Under the pieces are notes generated by a model that was given only the letters and a program-made list of their open reading frames with translations, was not told where the DNA came from and made no database searches. This document shows positions 27,391 through 38,126 of a stretch of DNA of 64,000 nt, piece by piece. Each line of letters opens with the position of its first letter. Position 1 is the stretch's first letter. This stretch comes from Eledone cirrhosa. Its lineage: Eukaryota. A program made the position numbers and the translations under genes. The DNA lies in assembly GCA_964016885.1 (NCBI GenBank), contig OZ024742.1, positions 292,950,001-293,014,000 of the forward strand, given 5' to 3'.

Positions 27391-28134
27391 TCTGTATATA
27401 TATAAAGACGAAGTTTTCTGTATGTGTGTGTATGTGTGTGGACAATTTTTAATGAGGGCTCATATATTCTAAACCATTCATGCGATTTCTTTGAAATTTT
27501 TTACACCTGTACATGATCTACAAAGGCTTTCAAAAATCGATATTGGGGCCTTTGGATACATTAAAAAAGTTTCGGTTATTTGTGTGAATTTTCGTGATTA
27601 AATAAGACAAGAGTTATCTTTAAGTAAGACAAGAGTTATCTTTCGTAATTCGGCTCATTCGGATTTTAATTTACTCTTTGTACTTGAAACAAAAGGTACA
27701 CTTCCTTGAGACTAACAATATCATTTTGTATATTTCACAACCAGCAATTTTTAACAGATTACTAAGTTAAGTTATAGATTTGACATTGTATAATTTATCG
27801 TTTCAAGCTTGATGTTCATACATAAAGTGATGTCATAACTTTTACAATATTATGCTTTGTACATAATAGTGTCTATTATTCACTTCACTTCTCTATTTCA
27901 TGATGCGCTTTTACTGTTGTCAAAAAAGTTTATACCTCGACTGGATTTCTGTTGTTACATGGTATAACGGATGACACCGAGCTCACATATTAATTATTTC
28001 GCTGGAATAGTGCCTAAGGTTTTCATGTTTACATAGATTACGTTTTTCTTCTATGTATTCAAATTTACTTTGTTTAGTTTAATGAGCTACATCGAAATCT
28101 ACTTGAACCGTCCAAAGAACGGGTAGTTTAGCTA

Positions 28135-28135
<1 letters not shown>
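27391..28135 (+). mobile_element. Non-autonomous Helitron
   Basis: 5' TC(TGTATATATATAAAG) after A; 3' hairpin CCGTCCAAAGAACGG then CTAG, followed by T; no TSD. Confidence 0.75.
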
Positions 28136-28179
<44 letters not shown>

Positions 28180-28760
28180 ATGACAACCTCCCTTGTGTTG
28201 GAGGTCTACACAATAAACACACTGGTAGAGTTGTTATTAATGGCATCAGTTTCAGCGTTGGTATTGTTGTTGGTGGTAATGGTTGTTATAGTAGCAGTAA
28301 TGGTGCCAGTGATAGTGGTAACAGGGATGGCTACGGTGGCGGCCGTGGTAGTGATGCTGGTGCTGTGGTTTTGATCATGGAGGTAGTAATGGATATGATA
28401 TCGATTGTGGTGGTATTGGTATTTCCGGTGGTGGATATTCTGCTGCTCTTTCTAGCACTTATATTCCCAACAGGAAAATAGCTCCTATATAGATAGTTTC
28501 TAAGTAACCTCCCTTAGATCATTTACGTTTTAATGTATATATTATTTCGTGTAAATATATTTGTTCATGCATGATAGATATTATGGCGGCTTTTGTGGTG
28601 GTGTGGGCATCGGCGCGTATTGAAGTTGTGTGGTGATGTTGATGTTGGTCATAGAGCCAGTGGTCGATATGTTGGTGATGGAGGAGGTGGTAGTGGTGAT
28701 TGTAGTGGTGTTGGTGATGTATTGGTGGTAGCGGTTGTGTTTTCGTTGGTGGTGGTAATA

Positions 28761-28946
28761 ATTGTTTCTACTTTTGACACAAGGCCAGCAAATACCCAGT
28801 ACATTACTGGTACTTTATTTTATCGACCTCGTAAGGATGAAAGGCAAAGTTAACCTCGACGTGATTTGAACTCAGATCGTAAAGGGACATAACTATGCTA
28901 GAAAGCATGGCGTCCAACCCTCTACCGATACTGCCAATCCACCGTC
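28761..28946 (-). mobile_element. tRNA-derived SINE
   Basis: Reverse complement of the copy at 35217-35397, including B-box GTTCAAATC. Confidence 0.8.
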
Positions 28947-29008
28947 GTGGAGGTAATAATGGTAATCATGATAATACTAATCGTTACGGTGGTGATAGTA
29001 TGTATGTG

Positions 29009-29039
<31 letters not shown>

Positions 29040-30075
29040 AGGGAGGCGCCGTGGCGGTGTGGAGCGCTGACCTCTACACGGCTGAAGCCCTCCAGCAGCT
29101 CCGTAACCCCCTCTTCTACCGCCCTCTACCCTCCGACCCCACACCCCTCTACCAACAAGTTTCCTCCACCATCCAACACCTCGTCTCCTCCCTCCTCCCT
29201 CCCACCGCTTCCCACCTCATCGTCCGCACCCCCACCCCCTTTATCTACTTCCTCCCCAAACTCCACAAACCCGACAACCCAGGCCGCCCCATTGTCTCCG
29301 CTTGCAACTGCCCCACAGAACTCATCTCTGCCTTTCTTGACTCCATCCTCGCCTCCCTCGTCACCACCCCCCCCTCCTACATCTCCGACACCAACCAGGC
29401 CCTTCGCCTGTTCGACTCCCTCACTTTCCTACCCGGCCCACACCCCTCCTCTTCACCATAGATATCAAGTCTACATCGATATACCTCACGCCGACAGCCT
29501 ACGTGCCCTCCGGCACTACCTCGACCTTCGCCCCTCCCCCATCCCCTCCACCCTCCTTCACCTCACCCAGCTGGTCCTCACCCTCAACTGCTTCTCCTTC
29601 TCGGGTGAGTTTTACCAACAGGTCACTGGGATAGCCATAGGCACAAGAATGGGCCCAAACTATGCCAACCTTTTCGTTGGCCATGATGAGGCCCAAATCT
29701 TTGCCCAGTACACCGGCCCCACGCCTGAACTGTACAGTCGTTACATCGACGACTGTATCGGAGCCACAACCCTCACCCGAGAACAGCTCAACTCCTTTTT
29801 CTCCTTCTTCTGCTCCTTCCACCCCTCCCTCCACTTCACCACCTCTATCTCCACCACCCACGTCCACTTCTTGGACATCTCCGTCGCCATCGACCCCTCC
29901 AACCGCTCCCTCGTCACCTCCGCCTTCTTCAAACCCACCTCCTCCCACTCCTACCTCAACTTCACCTCCTCCCACCCTACACACACAAAACACTCCATTC
30001 CCTACTCCCAACTCTTCCGGATCCGCGGCCTCTGCAGCCGAGATACTGACTTTGAGTCCCGGGCCCTTTCTCTAG
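29040..30075 (+). mobile_element. Penelope-like element RT fragment (C-rich), frameshifted
   Basis: GGAVAVWSADLYTAEALQQL, YFLPKLHKPDNPGRPIVSACNCPTE, GTRMGPNYANLFVG, RYIDD, FLDISV, SSHPTHTKHSIPYSQLFRIRGLCS. Confidence 0.9.
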
Positions 30076-31205
30076 AACAATTTATTCAGTTGCTGCAGAC
30101 AGATTGAACTCAACGTTTAAATATAAATATAAATTTAAAATGTAGTATAATTAATTAAGTAATTTAGTTAATATATAAAACCTGTCGATAAATCATTAGA
30201 TTCCTTCACCTTTTTCTTTTTAAACTTTCTTCCTAAATATAAACAGATATAATAAACTACTTTAAAATGTCTATACTTACAATATCTTAAATAAAATATA
30301 CGTAGGATAAATTTCTATACTAAATATAAGGATATCTGTAGAATCCTTGGTTTTTTTAAATCTTTTAAATTTTTGAATTTAAAAAAAATTTTTAATTCTT
30401 TTTGAAATTTTTAGAAATTTTTAGATCTTTAAATTTTTAAATTATATTGATATAATATTTATTTAACTTTTATTTTATTTTATTTTTATTTATTTTTATT
30501 AGTTTTGCTTTGATTCTGATAGCTTCTCATAATTCTCATAAGTCTACCCTTTCAATATCTTGATTGAAATATAAGTAGGATAATTTTCTATACTAAATAT
30601 ATGAAACATATTATTTTAACTTAAGATACTCTATAGTGTTTTAAAGTTATTTAATGCTTTGACATTTCTAGAATTCGTTTGTCCTTTTGACTATATTGAT
30701 ATAGTTGTATTTCCAAAATATAATCCTTTGGTATTTTAAATTTATATTGGTATAATTATATTTCCAAAGTATAATCCTTAGTAATATATTGATTTGATTA
30801 TCTCTATACAAAAGTATATGTGTGTATTAACATGCATATAAAAGTGTTATAGGTTTTTTATGATTGTATATATGTCTGTATGTATACATGAGTGATGCAT
30901 GATGACGCACGCAGATATTTATTTATACATATATAGGTGTATATGTATATATGTGTGTGTATGTATATGTGTAGGTAAAAGTTATGTTGCATAACCACGC
31001 AGTTTGGATTGCAGAAATATTAAATGCATGAATGGTAATCATATATATGAAGTCATGAATGTTAATCGTATATATTTATGTGTATATATACTGTGAACTT
31101 TTTATAACACAAGGAATGTATAGCAGTGATTAAGAGAAATCGTCTGCGCTTTATTTGTCTATATTGTTGACTTGAGTAAATATAATCTCTATTTTCAGGA
31201 CGTGC

Positions 31206-31260
<55 letters not shown>

Positions 31261-32058
31261 GTGTCTTTGCCTGAGTTACTATTCTCTAACAATGTGTACA
31301 TTTTGGAGATTAAACCCAAATTTTGGTATATTGATCTCAAGGTTTAAACTAAACATATAGTCATTATTAAACAATGTTTAATTTCTCATATTATATATCT
31401 ATGTCCCATTCATGATTATTAATATTTATATTTTTATTATTCATTTCATATGAATTGTTAACACAACTTAACATGACATGACGTAAAGTTTTCATAATCT
31501 CCCTCTCTCTATATATAACATTTCTCTCTCTTGAGTTTTTCTATCTGTCTGTTGACTTAATATCTCTCTGTTACTTTCCTCTGGTTTTCTTATTTCTTCC
31601 TTTTTTCTTCTTTCTTCCTTTCCTCCTGTCTTTACTTATCTCTTTCTTTTTTTTTTCTCCATGCATCTCTCTCTCTCCGATATTTCTCCACGTTTTTTCT
31701 TTCTCTCCGTCTTTTTCTTTCTCTCCGTCTTTTTCTAATTGTCCTTAACACTATGACTTATTAAAGTAATATAAACAAATCACTATCCGGATGACTTCCA
31801 AAAACAATGGTTGCATTTTAGTAGGGTACGTCAAAGCTTATTTGTAAAACTGTTATATATTGTATTTTGTCTGATGAAGGCATACCATAATTTAATTTGG
31901 TATCCCTGAAATATGTATAATGAAATAAATATGGTTTTATAAATATAGTTTCCATTTATTAATATCGTATATCTACTCCAAATACTTGTCGAGTGCTTTA
32001 TATCAGTTATAAAAATATTTACTTTTTGTATCCCAACAATTTTAAATAGAACTTTTGC

Positions 32059-32128
<70 letters not shown>

Positions 32129-32222
32129 CTTATATATATATATAAATATATAGCATATATATATATATCGTTTCTGAATTTGTTTAGCAAGATTCTTTAT
32201 CTGAAAACGTGTGTTGAAACCG

Positions 32223-32378
32223 ATATTGTTATACTTTGGGAGGGTCATGTTGCCAGTAAGAAACACACGCACCAACCTAAAATTTATAAATTCTTAAATT
32301 TATAAATTTAATTTATAATAAATGTGAAAGCAACTGGTGCGTGTGTTTCTTATTGGCAACATGACCCTCCCAAAGTAT

Positions 32379-32386
<8 letters not shown>
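32223..32386. repeat. Small fold-back, 52-bp arms 32223-32274 / 32335-32386, between (TA)n tracts
   Basis: ATATTGTTATACTTTGGGAGGGTCATGTTGCCA.../...TGGCAACATGACCCTCCCAAAGTATAACAATAT. Confidence 0.88.
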
Positions 32387-32422
<36 letters not shown>

Positions 32423-32428
<6 letters not shown>

Positions 32429-32847
32429 CAGGAAAGAAGGTTTACATGGTTTGCTATACAAAAAAGTTTTTAATCACATAGCTTACATTTGTTTCACTGA
32501 ACTGGTATGTCTAGAGATCGCTATCCGCCTAATTTTGCGTCACACGATCGCCAATACAGAATTATAACCAGTCAGATCTTCGGAGCATGCGAGAATGAAG
32601 AAAATACACAGGCAAGAAAATAAAAGAAAATATGGAGTATTTTCTTTTATTTTCTTGCCTGTGTATTTTCTTCATTCTCGCATGCTCCGAAGATCTGACT
32701 GGTTATAATTCTGTATTGGCGATCGAGTGACGCAAAATTAGGCGGATAGCGATCTCTAGACATACCAGTTCAGTGAAACAAATGTAAGCTATGTGATTAA
32801 AAGCTTTTTTGTATAGCAAACCATGTAAACCTTCTTTCCTGATTTAT
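32423..32847. repeat. About 210-bp near-perfect palindrome with a 5-nt loop (TGGAG, 32633-32637)
   Basis: Arms reverse-complementary with only about 2 mismatches seen. Confidence 0.95.
32678..32796 (+). ncRNA. Hammerhead-like motif with long stem II and variant core (CCGAAGA)
   Basis: TCGCATGCT-CCGAAGA-tCTGACTGG...CCAGTTCAGt-GAAA-CAAAT-GTA-AGCTATGTGA; stem I pairs with one bulge; putative GUA site. Confidence 0.55.
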
Positions 32848-33014
32848 TATTACTCCAAGTGTTTACAACATAGGAATTACAGCATACCCGCAGCTTCACT
32901 ATGAAAACGCCTTGTTGAGTCAAACCAAGCCAAGCGTTAATATCATCCACTACCTGGAATACCATAACTGGACTTCACCTAAGTGGACTGCATTTAACTA
33001 TTATTTGTTAATCC

Positions 33015-33096
<82 letters not shown>

Positions 33097-33149
33097 GTGA
33101 GGGGTTTTTTTTCAAAATGAAAATAACCGAGGTTTCCTACACGAGTGAA

Positions 33150-33535
33150 AGTATAAAGAAAAAAAGATGAAATCGAAAATGCAACTGAAGTCTTATTTTT
33201 AAAAAAATATATATATTTATTTGGTTTCTTTACCGGTTTCGCAATTCTTCTGCTTTTCAAAAGTAGGTCTGTGGTTTTTCTCACATCTGCACACAAAAGT
33301 CAATGAATCCATATGACTGCTGTCCCTAAAACCAAGTTACTGGAATATTCTACGATTTTAGGTGTACCTCAAGCCACTAACTTCAGGTGTGAGAAAAATC
33401 ACAGACCCTCCATCTCAACTCTACTTTTGAAAAGCAGAAGAACTGCGAAACCGGTAAAGGAACCAAATAAATATATATATTTTTTTAAATAAGACTCCAG
33501 TTGCATTTTCGATTTCTTCTTTTTTTCTTTATATA
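33150..33535. repeat. Fold-back element, arms about 33150-33290 / 33384-33535
   Basis: GAAATCGAAAATGCAACTG.../...CAGTTGCATTTTCGATTTC; the right arm has an extra CCTCCATCTCAACT. Confidence 0.88.
33424..33459 (+). ncRNA. Minimal hammerhead-like motif with PLE-type variant core
   Basis: CTT-TTGAAAA-GCAG aagaa CTGC-GAAA-CCG-GTA-AAG; palindromic stem III ACCGGT. Confidence 0.55.
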
Positions 33536-33537
33536 TA

Positions 33538-34488
33538 TATACTTGGGGAGGGTCATATTTGTGTAATATTGCCAGAATTAATAACAGAACACACTCACTG
33601 TTTGGTTGGTTTTCGCTTTTCGCTTCAGTGTCTTTTATATCGGTAATCTAATTTATTCGGTCCTCAATGATGCGATTGACTGACCAACGGTCAAAAATAA
33701 TACAGATACAATATAGACACAAACACATATATATAGTTTATCAAAGTTCTTTCGTTGCACATCTGCAACATCGTACTATACGAACATGCCAGACAACAAC
33801 ACGACGGTAACATAGACAACATAGAAATTAGAATAATATCTAAACATAGAAATAACCCAGCAGATAGGCAAATCAGAGAGGCCAGTGAAATAGAACTTAG
33901 AAGGCCAAGGCTAAACAGAAAGAATGAATAGAATAACAACAACACCCAAACAATCAACACTGACCTAAGAGAAGTATAAATAAATAAATAGATAAATAAA
34001 TAAATAAATACATACACAAGCACAATAACAACAAATACATATAAACACACACTAGTAAAGATAGAATACATTAACCAATACACAGTTACCCAATCACGAA
34101 CACACATCCAACAAAACACTATACACACACGCAAACGCATGCGCAAAGAAGACAAAATAAATAAACAAATAAATAAATAAATAAATAAATCTATAAACAG
34201 ACTAAATAAAGATGGCGTAGAAAATAAAATGCACCGGGAGGAAACAATAGCACCACTGACGATGTTGCAGATGTGCAACGAAAGAACTTTGATAAACTAT
34301 ATATATGTGTTTGTGTCTATATTGTATCTGTATTATTTTTGACCGTTGGTCAGTCAATGGCATCATTGAGGACCGAATAAATTAAATTAACCGATATAAA
34401 AGACACAGAAGCGAAAACCAACCAAACAGTGAGTGTGTTCTGTTATTAATTCTGGCAATATTACACAAATATGACCCTCCCCAAGTAT
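33538..34488. repeat. Fold-back element, about 235-bp arms 33538-33774 / 34259-34488 around an A-rich spacer
   Basis: TACTTGGGGAGGGTCATATTTGTG.../...CACAAATATGACCCTCCCCAAGTA. Confidence 0.92.
34254..34291 (+). ncRNA. Type I hammerhead ribozyme motif
   Basis: CA-CTGACGA-tGTTGC agatgt GCAAC-GAAA-GAAC-TT-TG; short stems I and III. Confidence 0.6.
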
Positions 34489-34849
34489 AACAATATTTGT
34501 TTCGACATGATTTCATATCAAAAACCTCGCAAAACTAATTCATCGCCGTTATATATATATATATATATACATATAAGCCCACAGAGCAAATATTTATATA
34601 AGAACATTAAAGTTTAAGCAAGGAATCGCTGCTTTCACCCTTAACCGGATCTTCTGAAACTCATCGAATGATGCTGCAAGTGGTGGTGGTGACGGTGGAA
34701 TTTTCGCTGCTATTTCTAGCACTTGTATTGACCACATATGTCTCGAAGCAGGGTTAAAAACTTTTCAGCGGGAAATAACTCAGACATGACTGGTGTGAAG
34801 TTACCTCCCATAAATAATTATTACTTAATGTAAGTATATGTGCATGTAG

Positions 34850-35000
34850 AAGGTAGCGAATTAGCAGAGTCGTTAGACTGTCGGATAGAATGCTTTGCAG
34901 TATTCGTTTCAGCTCTTAAGTTCAAATCCCGCCGAGGTTAAATTTGCTTTTCGTCCATTCGAGGTCGATAAAAAAGTACCAGTCTAGTACTGGATCAATT
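34850..35000 (+). mobile_element. tRNA-derived SINE
   Basis: A-box-like TAGCAGAGTCG, B-box GTTCAAATCCC, body GCCGAGGTTAAATTTGC...GATAAAAAAGTACCAG. Confidence 0.8.
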
Positions 35001-35216
35001 ATTCCTCTATATGTCCTTCTCACTTCCATTCTCTCACTCTCTATGTATGTAGGGCCATTTAAGGTGGTGGTGGTGGAGCTTTCACTGCTATTTCTAGCAC
35101 TTGTATTGACCATGTACATATCTCGAAGCAGGGGCAAAAACTTCTCAGCGGGAAATAACTGACATGTCTAGTATAAAGTTACCTCCCATAGACGATTATT
35201 ATTTAATGTAAATTAT

Positions 35217-35397
35217 GGCGGTGGATTGGCAGAAGGGCGGACACCATGCTTTGACGCATAGACTTACGGCCCTTGCCATTCTGAGTTCAAATCCCGCCGA
35301 GGTTAACTTTGCCTTTCATCCTTACGGGGTCGATAAAATAAAGTACCAGTAATACACTGGCATAATTGCTGGCCTTGTGCCAAAAGTAGAAACAATT
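35217..35397 (+). mobile_element. tRNA-derived SINE
   Basis: GGCGGTGGATTGGCAGAA...GAGTTCAAATCCCGCCGAGGTTAACTTTGCCTTTCATCC. Confidence 0.82.
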
Positions 35398-36284
35398 ATT
35401 TAATGTAAATTATATAATTTTTTTGATGGGGGGGGGGGGGGGTAAATGGTAATAGCGTTGGTAGTGACGCTAGTGATAGGGGTGATGTTAGTAATAATTG
35501 TCGTAGTGATGGTTGCGGTGTCATAGTAGTGCTTGTGAATGTAGTGTAGGTTGTGGTTGCAGTGCCCGGTTGTGGTAGGCATAGAGATGCACAGGTGCGC
35601 ACATACACATGCACACAAAAATCAATGAATCCATATGACTGTTGTCCCTAAAACCAAGTTACTGGAATATTCTAACGATTTTAGGTGTACCTCAAGCCAC
35701 TAACTTCAGGCTTGTGTAAGTTACGTATGTGCAGAAAAAATATTTTCATATTTTATTACAAATGATAGAGATGAAGCGAGGGTGTATTTGAATACATATA
35801 AAAATGAGAAAACTCATCGCAAGAACAGGTGTTAAAACAGCTAAATGCTGTCAAAGACAGCGATGGGCAAAAATGCCTCAGAGGACAGAGACCAGCGGCC
35901 TGTGGTCAACAGAGAGACAACCCACAAAGACTATAGAAAAGACTGAAAGAGAAGGAGGACAAGGAGAAGTGTTCTGGCATACAGAAGTGACTGGAAGAAA
36001 TAAAGAAAGAAAGGTGCTGTACAAGACAAGTTTACACATCATCTGTACCAGCTCTCAAACCAATGCCCAGAAAATAACACCCAACAAATATAGTTATTAA
36101 ATTTTAATTTAATATAAGATTATATTTCCCATATAAATGTGAATATTTTGTTACAGAAATCAGTTTTAATATTTTATATGATTTTCCTCAGTTATTTCAT
36201 CATTTTTACCTTTATTTATAGAGAATGCTTTTAACAAATCATCTCAATGATATTTTCCTTTTGTATATATTTGCTTGTGAAAAT

Positions 36285-36575
36285 GTGTGGCTTAGTGGTT
36301 AGGGTGTTCAGTTCACAATCATAAGGTATGAGTTTGATTCCTGGCAGGACATTGTGTCTTTTAACAAGACATTTTATTCCACATAGCTTCAGTCCACTCA
36401 GCTGGAAAAAATTAGTTGTACCTTTAACTTAAAGTCATGTAACACACTGTTTCGAACTGAATTTTCCTGAAAACTACGTAAAGAGTGAACATATTTCAGC
36501 AGCTGGAATACTCAACCACTTGCACGTTAATTTCATGGACAAGCTGTTCCATTGTTTGAACAACTGGAACACTTA
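36285..36575 (+). mobile_element. Second tRNA-derived SINE family, decayed
   Basis: TGTGGCTTAGTGGTTAGGG (A box), GAGTTTGATTCCTGG (B box); 3' part matches the reverse complement of 43810-43900. Confidence 0.65.
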
Positions 36576-37049
36576 TTAGTCCAATACAACCCATACAAAA
36601 TTATTGTTTAACAACATGGTTTTATATGAGCATAATTTTACATCAATGAGGTTCTATTATTGTTTTTCCAATTATGATTTAGAAGATTTTTTTTTTTTTA
36701 TATATATATTTTCGTAAAATAATTGTGTCTGTAAAAAAATTTTGTAAATTAAAATTACAGAGAATGATTTCCAACACATTTATTTAAAGATAACTCTTTC
36801 TACAGTCTTTATGGATTACATATCTAGTCTTATGTATGTGAAAAAGATCTGAATTACCAAACAATCATTTTCAACATATTCAACAAAAACAGGGTTTTTT
36901 TCTCCAAAGTATATTCTTTTGTGTTTTATTAAGTCACTGATAAAGATAAAATATTTCCACATTTTTCACAACAATAGGGGTTCTTTTCTGAAAGTATTCT
37001 TTTGTGACTTGTTAAAATCCCTGTTACTGTAAAATATTTTCCACATAAT

Positions 37050-38126
37050 TCACTGTGATAAGGTTTTTCTCCAATGTGTTCTTTTGTGTCTTGTTAAAAC
37101 ACTGATAGAGACAAAATATTTCCCACATATTTCGCAATGGAAGGGTTTTTCTCCAGTGTGGCTACGTATGTGAATAACAAGGCTAGAATGCTGACTAAAT
37201 GATTTTCTACAAATTTCACAATGATAGGGCTTTTCCCCAGTATGACTACGTTTGTGAATAACGAGATTAGTATGTTGACTAAATGATTTTCTACATATTT
37301 CACAATGATAGGGTTTTTCTCCAGTGTGTATTCTTTTATGAACAACAAGATGCGAATTATCATTGAAAAATTTTCCACATATTTCACAATTAAATGGTTT
37401 TTCTCCTGTGTGTATCATTTTGTGTTTTGTAAGAATAAAATTAACAGAGAATGACTTCCCACATATTTCACAAGAATAAGGTTTTTCTCCAGTGTGTATT
37501 CTTTTATGTTTTGTTAAATTACTGTTAGAGATAAAATATTTCTTACATATTTCACAGGAATACATTTCTTCTTTAGTGTGTATTCTCTTGTGTTTTGTTA
37601 ACAGACTGTTAGTGATAAAGTATTTCCCACATATTTCACAAGAATAACGTTTCTCTCCAGTGTGTATTCTTTCGTGTTTTCTCAACTTACAGTTAGAGAT
37701 AAAATATTTCCCACATATATCACAATAATAGGGTTTTTCTCCAGTGTGTGTTCTTTTGTGAACTACAAGATAAGAATTATCAGAAAATGATTTCCCACAT
37801 ATTTCACAAAAATAAGGTTTTTCTCTAGTGTGTGTTCTTGTATGCCTTGTTAATTTACTGTTAGAGACAAAATATTTCCCACATATTTCACAATTATAAG
37901 GTTTTTCAAGCTTGTGTATTTGTTTGTGTGTGAAAACTTCATGCTCAGAAGGGAACGTTTTCTTACAAATCTCACAGTTATAATCAAGAATATTTTCACC
38001 TAATGATCTTTGTTCAGTAAATGTTTCACTATATAAAGGATACTCGTCACTGCATGTCTGTGTCTCTACATCTATATTGATAGAAACAGAAGTGTTAGAT
38101 GTGTCCAAGTGGTCAACTTCCTCCAT
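37050..38126 (-). CDS. Tandem C2H2 zinc-finger protein, 11 fingers with TGEKPY linkers
   Basis: 358-aa single ORF with 11 CxxC...HxxxH units; no KRAB or BTB domain recognisable. Confidence 0.92.
   Translation of the reverse strand: MEEVDHLDTSNTSVSINIDVETQTCSDEYPLYSETFTEQRSLGENILDYNCEICKKTFPSEHEVFTHKQIHKLEKPYNCEICGKYFVSNSKLTRHTRTHTREKPYFCEICGKSFSDNSYLVVHKRTHTGEKPYYCDICGKYFISNCKLRKHERIHTGEKRYSCEICGKYFITNSLLTKHKRIHTKEEMYSCEICKKYFISNSNLTKHKRIHTGEKPYSCEICGKSFSVNFILTKHKMIHTGEKPFNCEICGKFFNDNSHLVVHKRIHTGEKPYHCEICRKSFSQHTNLVIHKRSHTGEKPYHCEICRKSFSQHSSLVIHIRSHTGEKPFHCEICGKYFVSISVLTRHKRTHWRKTLSQ

Noticed and set aside
28180-28760. Val/Gly-rich ORFs
   Set aside because: Degenerate (GGT/GTA)n simple repeat
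28947-29460. Pro/Ser-rich N-terminus of the 386-aa ORF and overlapping ORFs
   Set aside because: Off-frame translation of the C-rich PLE RT
31062-34278. YIYIYI-rich and hydrophobic ORFs
   Set aside because: Translations of (TA)n and A-rich low-complexity sequence
34850-35300. tRNA genes suggested by A/B boxes
   Set aside because: No cloverleaf; these are SINE heads continuing into a shared SINE body
35804-36100. 98-aa ORF
   Set aside because: No recognisable motif or splice support
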